Part shown: positions 50,228-63,737 of the stretch, in pieces
How the letters are laid out: every line of letters begins with the position of its first letter
How positions within the stretch are numbered: the stretch's first letter is position 1
Assembly (NCBI GenBank): GCA_964276515.1
Contig: OZ193909.1
Location: forward strand, 124,001 to 188,000
Source: Gordius albopunctatus
Taxonomy: Eukaryota
Direction: 5' to 3'
Length of the DNA: 64,000 bases
Translations under genes and position numbers: made by a program
Notes under the pieces: model-generated
Told to the model about the DNA's origin: nothing
Databases searched by the model: none
The model's input: the letters and a program-made list of their open reading frames with translations, nothing else

Positions 50228-51767
50228 TGATATAGAAAGGGCAATTAATGTGCTTAGCAAATTAATGGATAGCAGCAATATTGGGGAGATATAATAGTTA
50301 ATTGGTATCAAGTACTTTGCTCGATGAGTGCCACTCTACCTCTCCTTCCTAGTGTCGTAATTGTGTGTTTTCTTTTGTTAACAAGATGTGTGGTGCTAGT
50401 GGTGTTACCTCATGTCAATCATTACATAATTAAAAGTGTCGACTTTAAAATCGCGGGTTTGTCCTTCCTTCATATAAGCATAACATTGTTGTGCTATGTG
50501 GATATTTTTTGAAATTAATAATGATGTGTAGCTTATTATGTTTAATAAGATAATAATAAAATGGTAAAAGCTGAGAGTTACATCTTTATAACAGTTTGAT
50601 CTATTGAAAACGTTTTATATGCTATTATAATTAAAATAGGATTTTAGTATTAATGGAGCAACACAAATTTTCATCAGGGCTCCCTCCCTCCATGTACACA
50701 AGACGACAGCGTGGAGGATCAATATTTGTAAAAAGAAAGATGAATCATCACTCTTGATACAAATTTATACTCACATATATAAATACTGAATTAATGTATT
50801 TTGATAAAAGGCGTTGCTCGATAAAACATCTTTCATAGAGATCTTATTAAAAATTCAATGGATTTATTATTTTATTAACAAATTTGAGTTTCAGACTTTC
50901 CATGTATCATATTTACATTACCATTAAATTAGGTTGTCATAAAAATATCCATTTATAAATTTTATAAATAACTATTAATTAATGCATAATCGATTATCAT
51001 TATTAAATAATCGCGTTAATAAATATTTACAAAAATAATTATCGCTAATAATTTCTTCTTTACTAAGATGTAAAACCATTTTTATATTTAAATGATAATT
51101 TTAAAATTAAATATATTATTACGAAGCAGCCATGAATTAGGCCCTTGGAAATGATTGGAGTTTACTCTAAAAAATCATGGTAGCTCTGTATAATTATAAC
51201 ATTTGCCTACATAAATAGCCCATCCCAATAATTTTTAGATCAAGGAAAAATTCATTAACTTTTGCACATGGCTGAGAATCAATAATTTTCATATTAAAAT
51301 TTACAATATAACTATGATAAAATGGGTAAGTACTAAAAACAAACTGGGTTATAAGAACAGAATTGTAAAAAAATCTTCTTTATTAAAAAATTTTGCATTT
51401 TTTTATTGGGATAAGCCCTCCTAATATTTAACAACAGGAAGGATTAATCGATAGTTTTGTGTTTATAAAGGAAAAATAAAAAATTTACTTTATTGAATAA
51501 TTTTTTTACCTTCACCAGCCCCCCCCCCTCCCCATGTCGCCTAGAATTTTATAGTCAATAAATACTACTTTTCTACATACATAGTAATGTGGAAGAGCGT
51601 ACGTATGAGACCTAACAAAAAGATTGCCGTAAAAGGGGTAAGCCCGCTAATCATTCCCAATTTTGATCTCAAATTTAATTTCAATTTTGTGGATGTTTGG
51701 CCTATATTAATAACAATAAGTGATGAAGGACATTTTTCTAGCATAGAGCTCTTTTTATATTAATAAA

Positions 51768-51830
51768 CTAGCTGACCCGGCAAACGTTGTTTTGCCATAT
51801 ACACATTATGTTGTCTGGCAGCAAATTGAC
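51768..51830 (-). mobile_element. Helitron 3' terminus of the same family as 47055-47084
   Basis: a-ctagctgacccggcaaacgttgttttgcc is the reverse complement of hairpin plus CTAG then T. Upstream extent unclear. Confidence 0.7.
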
Positions 51831-54800
51831 TAACTTCCTATAAGTGTGTGTGGGGATATTTTTTGCAGAAGTTTTATCTAAATTGTAGTCTGACTTTTAC
51901 AATCGATGGAAGAAAGTAAACGAAAATAACAACTAATTGCAGGTAAGGAGTTTGTCGAGGAATGCAGGGGAGAGAAAACTTTTCATTTATTGTTTCCTGG
52001 GGGGTTGTTGGTCTACTACCGGTTTTATTTTCGTAACCACTCTTAAATAATACCTCTTTTATCATTCGCATCCCTTTGTTATATATGGGGAAAAATTAAG
52101 ACAGAATTAGGGTGGATAAATTTCGTTTTATCGGTAATAACAGCCCATGGGCACCACATATTTAATCATGGGCCTAGTCAGGTTTTTGATTAGAGGGGGG
52201 GCAAAACATAACGTTTTTTCATGTATTTAATTGATAAAATCGACTATTTTTCATCAGTTGATATATTTATGTGAAATAAAGGGAAATTAGGCTATAGCGT
52301 GTCTAACCCTTCGAAACAACGAAATCCAAATGCATCATGCTCTAGCTGCAGTAGTATATACTATAATATAACAAGATGGCAAAATAATAATGAAGAATGA
52401 TTGGGGAACAATCATCTTTCATACTACCCTCATCAATCCCTAAATCAGCTGGGTCCCCTTGATTGAAAATTGAATTGATTGGATTGTTGTTAAACAATAT
52501 TCGGTTAAACTGTCTTTCTTATAGCTGTCGCTTCTTAAGGTTGATACGGCCGTAAACACTTGTCATCATTACTGACAATTAAAACTTATTTACACTTACG
52601 AGGCTGCTTTATTAATTAAATAGAAAAATCCAATTAAGATTACAAGAACATATATTTTTCAGCAATAAATGGCCAGCAGCGCCTATAGTTTGCTATTAAA
52701 ATGTTTTTTAATTAAAAAAATTGCATTAAAGAGCATAGAAATTGACAAGCTTAAGGTCTGACAAAATATTGTTTATTTTTTTATTTTTAAGCCGCTGCTT
52801 TCTGCCCCCCCTTATTATGCAAAAGCAAAATTTGTCGTAATTTCAAAATAGTGACATAAATTTAAATATAGTTATTATGCATGGATAGATATTAGAAAGG
52901 CATACTTCTCAGAATCAAGCATAAAATTTGAGGAATTGCACAGATTTATTGTAACTAAACAGAATTGTCAAAATGATTGGAATTATATTTGAGTGGAGGG
53001 AGGAGCAGGAAAAAAGGATGAGTTAATGGAATCACACACAGGTAGGTAGGTAGTGTTGGATAAATGAATGACTTCGCCGTCCCTACCTCACCCACCCACC
53101 CTTTCTATGTAAATAAGAACAGACCCGGATTTCGCTTGCTGGAAAGGAAGAAGCCGCTCATATCATACGCTAAAGACAGACATTTGGACTTCTCATTGCA
53201 TCCAAGATAATAATATCCTTGGGCACCCCAGCAGGCGAGGGACAAAAAAGGGCCTCTACGTTTTGTTTAAATCCAGTGTCCAATTATCTTCTCCCTTCTT
53301 GATCCCAAGTCTGTCGTCCCTCCAATTCAAACCCTTGTCTATTGGTGGGTGACCCGTATGACTACAGACTTTATAGATAATGTAACCCTGAGGAGCTAAA
53401 ATCTCATTATTGGGGATGGGTAAAGGTTGCGGGCATTCAATCTTGCAAAATTACCTTTATGCCATATAAATCTCTTCCATGCAAATAAAGAATAATATTT
53501 CTTTAATCCCAATTTACAAATATTTGTTTCACAAAATTCAGAGACACAATGAACAACGATTTGCATAACTATATGTAAAACCTTAAGTTTGGTGTTAAAA
53601 TATTTGAAAAACGTTTGTATGTGATTATTTTTCTAGATTTTTACTACATAAACATCTTGTTTTCTCCATATTTAACACTTTTATGTTGACGTCGCAATCC
53701 TGCTTAGCAACTCAAAAATGGTGTATTACTGTTGTTTAGATAACAAATCCCTGGTGTTTGAATAGATTGTTGAATGATCTATTTTTTTTTGGATTTAATT
53801 AATTTATGAGATTAATAAGATAAAGTTATGGTATGCTTTTTGAGTGGCCAGCGAAAAATTTAAGATCTCGCTCAACATATCTTTTTGCAATCATCAGTAT
53901 TTTATGAGGGCATTAGAGAATTAAAAAAGTGAATCTAATTTATATTTAACATTCAAAGTAATTTATTTCAAGGCCTATTTACATTTTCCATTCATGTCGA
54001 ACCAACCCCGATTTTAAGGCTTATGTCCAAAATCACTATGGCTATTTCAAATCACTGAAAACTCTAAATTCCCGACGAAAGTCTTTTTGCATTATCATAT
54101 AGTTTTTTAAACTTATTCCATTTTGTGCTCATAATAATATTATACCTATGTTTTTTTATTTTAAAAGTGAAGCTTGTATTTCTTAAATCGCAATTAATAT
54201 TTGGAAATCTAACCAAATATCAAAAAATCTATTCATTAATTAAACTTTTTCCAACGCGATAAATAAAAATGATTGCTTTTTGTAATATAAATCAATATAA
54301 AATAATTTATTATATAAATAAAATTAATTAATGTTACCTAGTGTTTTTAACCATGTAAAAATTTTATTTGATAATTAATGATATACCTTATTGTTGATAA
54401 ACACATTAAATAAATTATTAACATTTCTATTAAATTAAATCTCGCGATAAATTTTTAATCTCGAAATTTTTTTGCTTTTCAAAGTTAATTTTGATGCTAA
54501 AAGGATGGAAATTACGTTAATATCAAACCAGTGTATTTTTTAAGTAAAATGGTATATTGCCCTAAATTTTTTACCTGAATAGTTGGAATAAAAAATTAGA
54601 AGGAATAGCCTAGGTCATTAACTTATTTCAACATTTGTATTATCAGAAATTTATAAAGGATAATTTAGAAATAAGAAAACCTTGGAATATTATACCTTGA
54701 AAGTTAATTGATTTGAATTGCATCTTAATAAAAGCATCATAGCAAAAGGATAATTCCTACTATCTTTACAGGTTTCTTTGGGCGAGAGGTAATGAGTATT

Positions 54801-56559
54801 AATTCAAAAATTCGTATGACATTTTATTTATGATTGCCTTCGAGCCTCCTATGATCTAATTTAAAAATAGATCTATCTTGGAGTGGTTTTGAATATATAT
54901 TCCTACATATCGATTCAAACCGTGCTTACACTTTTTCAAATAACTGACTTAGGAGGCTACAAATATAACTAAATTCGCATGAAAATGCTTTACGCTAATT
55001 CTTCCCAAGTTTCTTATAGTTTTATTTGAATCGAAGAATTTTTACAATTTGAAATTATATTTAGAATAATTGAATTTCATAAGTCATCGAATATTTTTAA
55101 ATCTTAAATTAAAAAATGTTAACTTTATATCTCTTACCCCTAAAATATTCAGGATGCGGTGTTGTTTTGGAGGAGAATCTTCCAAGTTCTAAAACCTCTT
55201 TAGGCGTCCAGGTAAGAGGATAATGAAACGAAAAAATCAGTGAGTATTTTGTGAGGCAAGTAGCCTTATATATATATGAGGGTTTAAGTGTGAGGGCTGA
55301 AGATGTGGACGGAACCAAGCATGGACCGTATAAGAGATTTTTCCGTGCGTCAGACCCTAGAAAAATATGTACACTTGTGTACAGAGAGTAATTAAATTAA
55401 AAGGTATGGATAACACTTGTCTTATCACCTCTCCCAAATGATGCGTGTGTGGGTTACATTAACGCGGGTCACAAAATAAAATTCAAATCTATATTTTTAG
55501 AAGGATTACGTCTTTCTAAACTAGAATTTTCTCGCGTTGCTAGGGTAAGAGACTGAGAAGAATATGTTAAAAAGGATTCAAGGCACTAAAAGGTATTATC
55601 CAGTGAGAACTGTTTAAGATTCCGTAATCATATGAGTACCTTGCTTGCCTATAAAAATAGCAAAATCGAGGACCTGAATATAATGCAAATATTGCCCCCT
55701 TTTAAAAATATCCCCTTCAAACAATTCATAGTTATAGCCGCGAGATATAATGTCGACGCTTCTTTTTTATTTAATCTAAGGAGTCCTCTGAAATGGGGGG
55801 AAGTTAATTTAAGACGCTTAACCAGTCAACAGATTGTTCATGAATATTATTAATTATTTATAGTTGCCTATTTTTAAATACACCACGATCCCTAAACCCT
55901 TTGAGCAAATAAGGTGGCGGCAGTGAATTTAAAAAAAGCCTATAGGAAGATTAAATAATCTTAAATTAATAACCAACTGCAAAAAAATAGTTGAACTGAA
56001 TTTTAGTGTGATGGTTAAGCATTGAAAGAATTAAGCAGGTTTCGATGATTATTACCTAATATGAATAACACTCACTCACTACACCTGCCTATTTAAAAAT
56101 GAGGCCTTTTAATTAATATATTATTATTATTGTTTCCCCCTTCAATGGATGCCCATAATTTTTAAATCGTTCGTATTATTTATCAATGCAATGTCACTCA
56201 CTTGAAGTATTTAGACATAAAATTGTAATATATGTTGTTATTGATTCCAAGAAATGCGTTATTAATTTTATACATTTGCGTTTGCAATAAAAGATTAGAC
56301 TGTCTAAAGTATAAGAAAAGACACAGTATGAAAGGTGTGGGAAAAAATTTAATCTGCTAAAAAGTCTAGTACATTTTTAGGTTGTTTACCTTACCATTCT
56401 TTCTATATAGTAATTACTAATGAGCAATAACGTTATATCGTTTTCCCCAAGAACTTACGTCCCTCGCTACCAAAGAAACACTAAAACTGATTGATATTTA
56501 ATAAATTTAACCTTTTATACCTCTAAGTTATGCTTACAATGACCATTAAAGGCTTTAAA

Positions 56560-57100
56560 ATTGTGATAAATGGATACTATATCTGTAATGGGTAGGTTTA
56601 AATTCAAATAGTGCAAAATGATTTAAGGAAATATTAACTACAATACTTAATGTGCCTATTGACACTTAAGCAATGTGATCATGGATATGAGTTGACAACA
56701 TTTTATATGTATAAGCAGACAAAACTGCAAAATATTATAAATTATTAAAAGCCTGAAAGCATTTTGACAGAATTTAATACTTCCAATGATTTAAATAATC
56801 GCTTAAAAACATTATATTTTTTAAGAGTTGCGCACGGTTGTGAGCATTTACTAGGATTCAAGCCTAATTTAAACATTTATTATCAAATTAAAGTGTTTTT
56901 ACACAATGAAAGTAGTAATAAGACTTTATAATTAAAATTTGAAAAGAGGTATATGTTCATAATAATAGTTTTATTAGATATTCACAAACGCTAATGTTAA
57001 ACGTTATAGAAAGTTTATTATTCTTAAATATTTTATAAGTTAAAGTTTGTCTAGCAAATGATAGTTGTGCTTAAATAACGCCAAAACACCTTTATCAACA
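56560..57100 (+). mobile_element. Possible decayed MULE transposase
   Basis: About 56749-56865 reads KPESILTEFNTSNDLNNRLKTLYFLRVAHGCEHLL, resembling the MULE P..I.TDFE...GC.FH core. Confidence 0.35.
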
Positions 57101-59236
57101 GATCTATAACGACATAATTTTAAGGCCTTATTATTCACATAAGATTGATTTACTGGATATATATCTTCTAATAATAATAATAATTTGGTATTTATTTGGT
57201 ATTAATTTAAAAGTTAAATATAACATATTTTTAGATTGCGATTATCAAAACTACGTATGCATTACAGATTATATAGCCTATAAAATTAGTTTTTAATTTC
57301 ATTTTTATGTTTAAGGCCTTTTCAGCATTAATTTGATATTTAATTCATATATGCAAATTGAGATGCATCAATCGACGTAATGACAAGGATGAAGAGGAGC
57401 GGGAAAGCCTTGAAACTTTTTTGTTATTTGTTGCACGTACAAAAACAAATAAAAACCCTATATATATATAATACTAAAATCTTATGTAAATTGAAAAATA
57501 TTTTTAATTGCATTTGAATTAATTGCTATTATATCGTAAACAAATGTTTAAAAACCTTTAATATCAATACACTAAGCAATTAAATATCCTCATTTGACGT
57601 TTGACTAAAACTTTTAAGACAAATTTAATAGGATAGGAGGCAAATAATTTATAAAAATTATACAAAATATTAGCTGTTAAGGGCTGATATTTATTCACGT
57701 AAACTATTAGGGGTGTGATACAAAAACACGACGAAAAAGTGTGCTGGCGTATATATCCAACGCCTTTATAAGTTACAACCAATTAACAATAATTTGATCG
57801 CCAACGCGCGTGTAAATAACATCAACACGCAGGTAACTATCGTATCCCTGGAGGCACTTTACCTCTCTACATTAGCAATGTTATTTAACACGGCATAAAA
57901 TTTGAAACCTAACTTTAGTAATTGATCAATTCTTAATCAATTTTATATATCAACAATTATTAAGTTGTGCCTCAATAAATTGAAGATGACTTGCTTTCAG
58001 ACAAACAACAAAAATTTACAGCGATCAATTGAACACAATTTGTATAATAAGAGACTAGACTTAAGAACGAGATGAAGGAGTCATTATTTTAAAGAAATTA
58101 TAAAATTGCGATATGCATGCCCAATGAGCATACTTCATTTATCGATCTATGGATGCTAAAAATAGGAATTATTAAAAAAAATACAAAACTAAACTTATAA
58201 TGTAAAAAGGATGTAACCTTTAAAAATATGTGCTTTTTAGGAGAAGTCTAGCTTCACCTAATTTTGTAGAGATTTTTTTGCTATATTTCTTATATATAAG
58301 AATTAATTATTGTCTGTATGTTAGCCAAACTCAAACTTGAAACGAAAGACACAATAAAATTCTTACTGACACTCATTGTTTTCAAAGAGGAAAGAAAAAC
58401 CCTCAATGTTGACTATCTTTAAATAATATTTTAAACAAACCGTCTATGATCTATAGTAACGACCATATTTTTAAGTAAAGTATTAGGGGTTATATGAGAA
58501 AGGATATTAATTGTTATCTATTATTAATCATTGTACAGAATTCTACACATACAAAAAATAGGAGATTTAAGTTCAATTTTTTTGCGATGAGCGTTTAGAT
58601 TAAAAACGTCAGTGTTATTGAAAATTATCTTTGCAAAGCATTAGGTGATTATTAATTAATTTCAATTCATCCGTCGGTATTATTACAAATAAATTTGTGA
58701 AACTCAATTAAATTAAGAAATTTTTTGATTTTAGTCTTGCCTAAATTTTTAACATGTAATTATAATAATTAAAACGGGCAAAAGTGCCCTCCATCCTTGA
58801 ACCGTCAGATCCTTCTCTTGAATGGCGGATGCGTACTGACGATACGTCACTTGTCCCATCGGACAAAGGCCTTTTTTAAATGGGACTACACTTGTATTGA
58901 CCTGTTCGCACCCTCCAACGTTACTCAAGATCCCCTAAGATCGGCAGAGCATCGTAAATCCGTAAAATATTCAGATTTATAAGAAACCTCTGTTTTTATT
59001 CCTATGTCGTGCTCAGGGACGTTTGGGATAAGCGCTTTAAATTTTTTTAAAGAACTTAATAAACGCTCGCCTCCTTCAAAAATATCGAATAGTTTTCTAC
59101 TAATCGCCATTGCGATCGCTAAATCCAATATTTATTCCCTGATAGACTCAATGCCCATTCTTAAAGAAGACGAAGAAACGGATAATTTCTTTTAATAATT
59201 TTATTTATAAATATTTTCGTTCATGTATCTTTTTAT

Positions 59237-59289
59237 TAACACTACTTACGACGGTCCCAAGTCCGTGTGCAAAAAGTGGAGGGTTGGCG
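59237..59289 (+). ncRNA. Twister self-cleaving ribozyme core at the RTE 5' end
   Basis: UAA CACU ACUUACG ACGG UCCCAAGU CCGU GUGCAAAA AGUG GAGGG UUGGCG: P2 CACU/AGUG, P4 ACGG/CCGU, L4 UCCCAAGU, L1 UAA...GAGGG, pseudoknots CCC/GGG and AC(U)/(A)GU. Matches the twister consensus as recalled. P1 is weak. Confidence 0.85.
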
Positions 59290-62205
59290 TCAGGTCGGAA
59301 ACCGGCTATAAAAATCAACTCCAAAATTTATGATAGTTTCAAACGAGATTTTACAAGAAAAAGCTAGGGCGTCCTCCACAAACGACGCGCACTGCATACC
59401 CCGCCCGTGCAATGTGAAAAATACACTAGGGTTACTGCCTAACTCACAACGAAGGTGGTTAAGGAAACTAGTTGTGGAAAGAATGCGAATTGCGTGCTGG
59501 AAGTTGGGAATTGACGGGGAAGAGCATCGAGGTCGCACAGATGTTAAAAAGAAGAAAGGTACACATCGCCTGCCTACAAGAGACGAGGTGGAACGGAACG
59601 AAAGCTCGGGAATTAGGAGAAGGATACAAGCTTTTCTACAGTGGGTCACCAAATCGTAGAAACGGGGTCGGTATCGTTCTAAGCGAATCGTTCAAGGACA
59701 AGGTGGTGGAAGTCAAGCGTTGTTCCGACAGGCTAATGTGGGTGAAGATTGCGGATCAAGGGAGCCTCCTAACCGTTATGTGCGCGTAGGCTCCCCAAAT
59801 TGGGTGTTCGGAATCAGAGAAAGACATATTCTTCGAATCATTGGAAAAGGAAATACAAGGAATCCGACAGGAAGAAAGGCTAATTATTGGGGCCGATTTC
59901 AACGCTCACGTAGGGAAAGATCGACTCGGGTATGAACGCAATCATGGAGGCTATGGGCATGGTCTGAAGAACAAAGAAGGGGAAAAATTTCTCCAAGTAT
60001 CCCAAGCATATGACATGGCGATCGTTAACACCTATTTTCAAAGGCGCGAGGATCATATTGTGACCTATAGAAGTGGGAAGCATTTTAGTCAAATCGACTA
60101 TTTGCTTATACGGCGAAAGGACTTATGGAGTATCAAGGATTGCAAAATAATACCGGGAGAAGAAATCGCCAGGCAACATCGTCCCCTTGTTATGGATCTT
60201 GACAGAAGAGTATTTCCCGAAAAAAGAAAGTTATATGAACCTCGAATTCGATGCGAAAGGCTAAAGGATACGTCGATGAACGAAGAATAAGGGACGTAGA
60301 CGAAGATTGGGAGACGCTATCTAAGGACATTAAGGAAACAGCGATTCGTGTTCTAGGACAGATCAAAGGAGGCAAAGCTATGAATAGAGAACTATGGTGG
60401 TGGGATCAATCGGTTAAAGATTTCATCGAAATAAAGAAAAATCTATATAGACGGTGGCATAAATCAAAAAAGTCGGAGGATTATCAAGAGTACAGGGACG
60501 CATAGAGGGCCGCAAAAAAGGCCGTTGCAAAAGCGAAGAATGCTGCGTACACCGAGATGGCAAACAAACTGGATCATAAAGGGGGCGATAGGCTTATGTA
60601 CAAATTGCCCAAGATAAGCGAGAATAAAAGTCGAGATGTCGGAGTTCTTAAAATAGTCAAAAGCGAGAAGGGTCAAACCTTATTCAAGCCGAAGGAAGTG
60701 ATGGAAAGGTGGAAAGGATATTTTAAGAAACTTATGAATATTGCAAATGACAAGGATTCCCTTCCCGAAATTGAGCCAAATATAAGTATGGTCGAACTCT
60801 TTCAGAAGGATAAAGTTAGGACACAAATGAACAAGATGCAAAAAGGAAAAGCAAATGGCCCAGATGGAATACCTATGGAAGCATTGCTCGGATGTCGTGA
60901 AGAAGGAGTCACCACCATGACGAACCTCCTTAACAAGATATAGGTAGAAGAGCGAATCGCTAATCAATGGAGAGTAAGCACGATTATACCCTTATTCAAA
61001 GGCAAAGGAGACCCTCAGGACTGCGGCAATTACAGAGGTATCAAGCTAACTTGCCACTCCTTGAAGCTTATGGAAAGAATCTTAGTAACAAGGCTGAAAA
61101 ACGAGGTGGAAATATCGGCTAATCAATTCGGATTCGTGGCCGGCAAATCCACAATCGACCCAATCTTCGCCCTGAAACAAATGATGGATAAGTATGGTGA
61201 AAAGAGGAAAGACCTAAATATGGTTTTTATCGACTTGGAGAAAGCTTATGACACGGTCCCCCGCGATTTAATATGGTGGTGCCTGAGGAAACAAAATATC
61301 CCTGACGCATATATACGGCTTATGAAAAATACAAGGCTCTGCTTTAAGTCCCTTTTTATTTAATATAGTTATAGACACGATAACGAGGGACTTTCAAAAG
61401 CCATCGCCATGGTGTATGCTATATGCCGATGATATAGTACTATGCGAGGAAACAAGGGAGAAGGTATTCGAAGAAGCAGAAAAGTGGTCAAAGCGCTTAG
61501 CTGGATATGGTTTAAAGGTCAACGATCGAAAAACGGTATACATGGAAATGAACGATACAAGCACCTCATCTCTGGATGACCACCTAAAGTACCCTAAAGT
61601 AGACAGGTTTACTTACCTCGGCTCTATGCTACATCAAGAGGGAGGTTGCGCAACTGAAATCAATGCCCGGATTCAAAAAGGATGGCTTAAATGGCGAAGT
61701 ATATGCGGTGTAATGTGTGACAAGAAAATGCCAATATGGTTGAAGAGCAAAGCTTACAAATCCATCGTAAGACCGGTGTTACTCTATGGAAGTAAAACAT
61801 GTGCATTAAACACCACGGAAGGAAAGCTATTACAAGCCACGGAGATGAGAATGATACGGTGGAGCTTGGGGTACACTAAGCTCGATCATATGACGAATGA
61901 ATTTCTCATGACAAAAATGGGTATTCAACCTATGGCGGACATGATTAACGAAAATCGGCTAAGGTGGTATGGGCATATACTAAGAAGGGACCCGGATGAC
62001 GTAAATTGAAAAGTGCTAGACATGAAAATACTGGGGAAGAGAGGAAGAGGACGACCCCGTGTCACGTGGAAAAGACAAGTCGATAAAGTTATGGAAACTA
62101 AAGAGATTAGTCAAGACATGGCACTAACCCGGTCAAGATGGAAGAGACTCATCAAAACAAACCCCACCAATGTGGGACCAAATAACTGATAAAGAAGAAG
62201 AAGAG
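59240..62205 (+). mobile_element. Near full-length, inactivated RTE-clade LINE (APE endonuclease plus RT)
   Basis: 17-bp TSD atgtatctttttattaa (59223-59239, 62206-62222). APE motifs IACLQETRW, GADFNAHVG, SQIDYLLI; RT motifs KANGPDGIP, QFGF, FIDLEKAYD, LYADD, YLGS; (AAG)n tail. Several stops and frameshifts plus an internal deletion near 61333. Confidence 0.95.
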
Positions 62206-63479
62206 ATGTATCTTTTTATTAATTCCATTATATATTTAATACTTTTCGATAATAAAGCATGTCAATTCTTAAAAAAAATATTAAAGCGATTTTTACCAAT
62301 TCTCCTTAAGTCTCACCTTTATAAAAAGCACGAAAAATAGTGTTGTAGAAGTGCAGCTTATATAGGTAAATAAAATTTTATATACGTCATAGCTTATTGA
62401 CTTTGATTATTAATATAACTTTGATCTAAAGGAGGAAAGACGTGTGTTTCCTGGAATTATAAGAGATATAATAAAAGCCCCTGTCCTGCCTGATCGCATT
62501 TCCTTGAAGTTCTAAAAACCTGCTTGCAAATGAAGCTTAGGTATATCATGAACTCTCACAGAAAATAAAGGATTCTTTTGATTATTATCTAGACATAAAG
62601 CAAAATAAGTACTTGTCTGGAAATATTATGTGTTATGTAGCTTCAGAAGACTTTTATGATTTATTACTTCAATGCCTAATCCTACGATTAATTTCTTAAA
62701 AAACTAGGTGGGTTCCCCTTACATTATGATTATATAGGGCTCAACTTTGTTTTCTGATTAGTTTGACCTTGCGTCACCCTGTATTTACTTCTATAAGACG
62801 CTGCTCCCCTCGCGACTGTGTAGCCCTCTTGTCCATTAATTCGTCAGGCGAGACTCCTTAGTTCTAATATTTGGTCCAAGGAACTAGGCTTTCCTTAACC
62901 AACACATTGTAAGAGCGCTCTCTAAGTATAGACATTTTCGTTTCTTCCCCCCATTTATTTAGGCCTAGAAACTTTCATGCTCAAACTTTTTTCCCTAGAT
63001 TACATGAATGGGCTTTGCAAGCTTTTTCGATTCTTGAGTTAGGTATCCTAAAAATTCCTCCTATTTTAATTTCCTTTTCAACGCCGTGCTTTGATTTATG
63101 ACAGAATGATCTCTAGCCCTACTTTCGATCTATTCTTTGCCTATATTACTTAACATACTTCCCGCAATTCGTTCAACGCCTTCCATTTTCCTAACTATAA
63201 AATATCAATGTAGCTGCCTCGCTCTATGTCCTACACAAGACCTTGCGAATCCTAAACGTCTGGCCTCTCTATGACAGTAGTTAACGTTATGTTGCTATCT
63301 AGTATGAACAGTTCGTCCTATATCCTATTACTGTACAATAATCTGAGTATGTACTACTATGCGGGCCCACAATGTTGAATGCATTAACCCTGAAGTTTTA
63401 ACTTCTTAATAGTGTATGCTAACTTAAATCAATAAAATATTGTTAAATTATATAAAACATAGAAAATTTAAATGTAATA

Positions 63480-63737
63480 TGATTGTATTGTATTTTATAT
63501 AATAAAAATAAAAAAAGGGTCAAGATGACTATCTGACTTAAGTACACCTAAAGGACATATTCTGTTATGTAAAAAAACTTTTAGTCGTTTTTTTAAGTAT
63601 AATCATAGTCTATTTCTATTCCTAATTACACTAAGTTAAATATAAACAAGATTTTTTTTTTAATATTTCAATTTGTAAGGCCCAACAAAAAATGGTTATA
63701 ACTAGCCACTCTCCGACTAGCCCCGACCCCTATTTTC
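63480..63737. repeat. Dispersed repeat, copy of 20940-21182
   Basis: Collinear similarity ending ctccgactagccccgacccctattttca. Confidence 0.7.

Larger units (their letters stand above)
58772..62266 (+). mobile_element. CRE-like 3' remnant (58772-59239 and 62223-62266) interrupted by the RTE
   Basis: KRAKVPSILEP...WDYTCIDLFAPSN...IAIAKSN...DEETDNFF*. The 3' UTR resumes after the RTE as ttccattatatatttaatactttt...aataaagcatgtcaa. Confidence 0.88.

Noticed and set aside
55295..55330. ctgaaga as a hammerhead ribozyme core (also ctgagga near 53388)
   Set aside because: No correctly placed GAAA or closing stems.
62480..63380. Possible decayed LTR-retrotransposon coding sequence on the minus strand
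   Set aside because: Composition is suggestive, but no diagnostic motif or LTR pair could be read.
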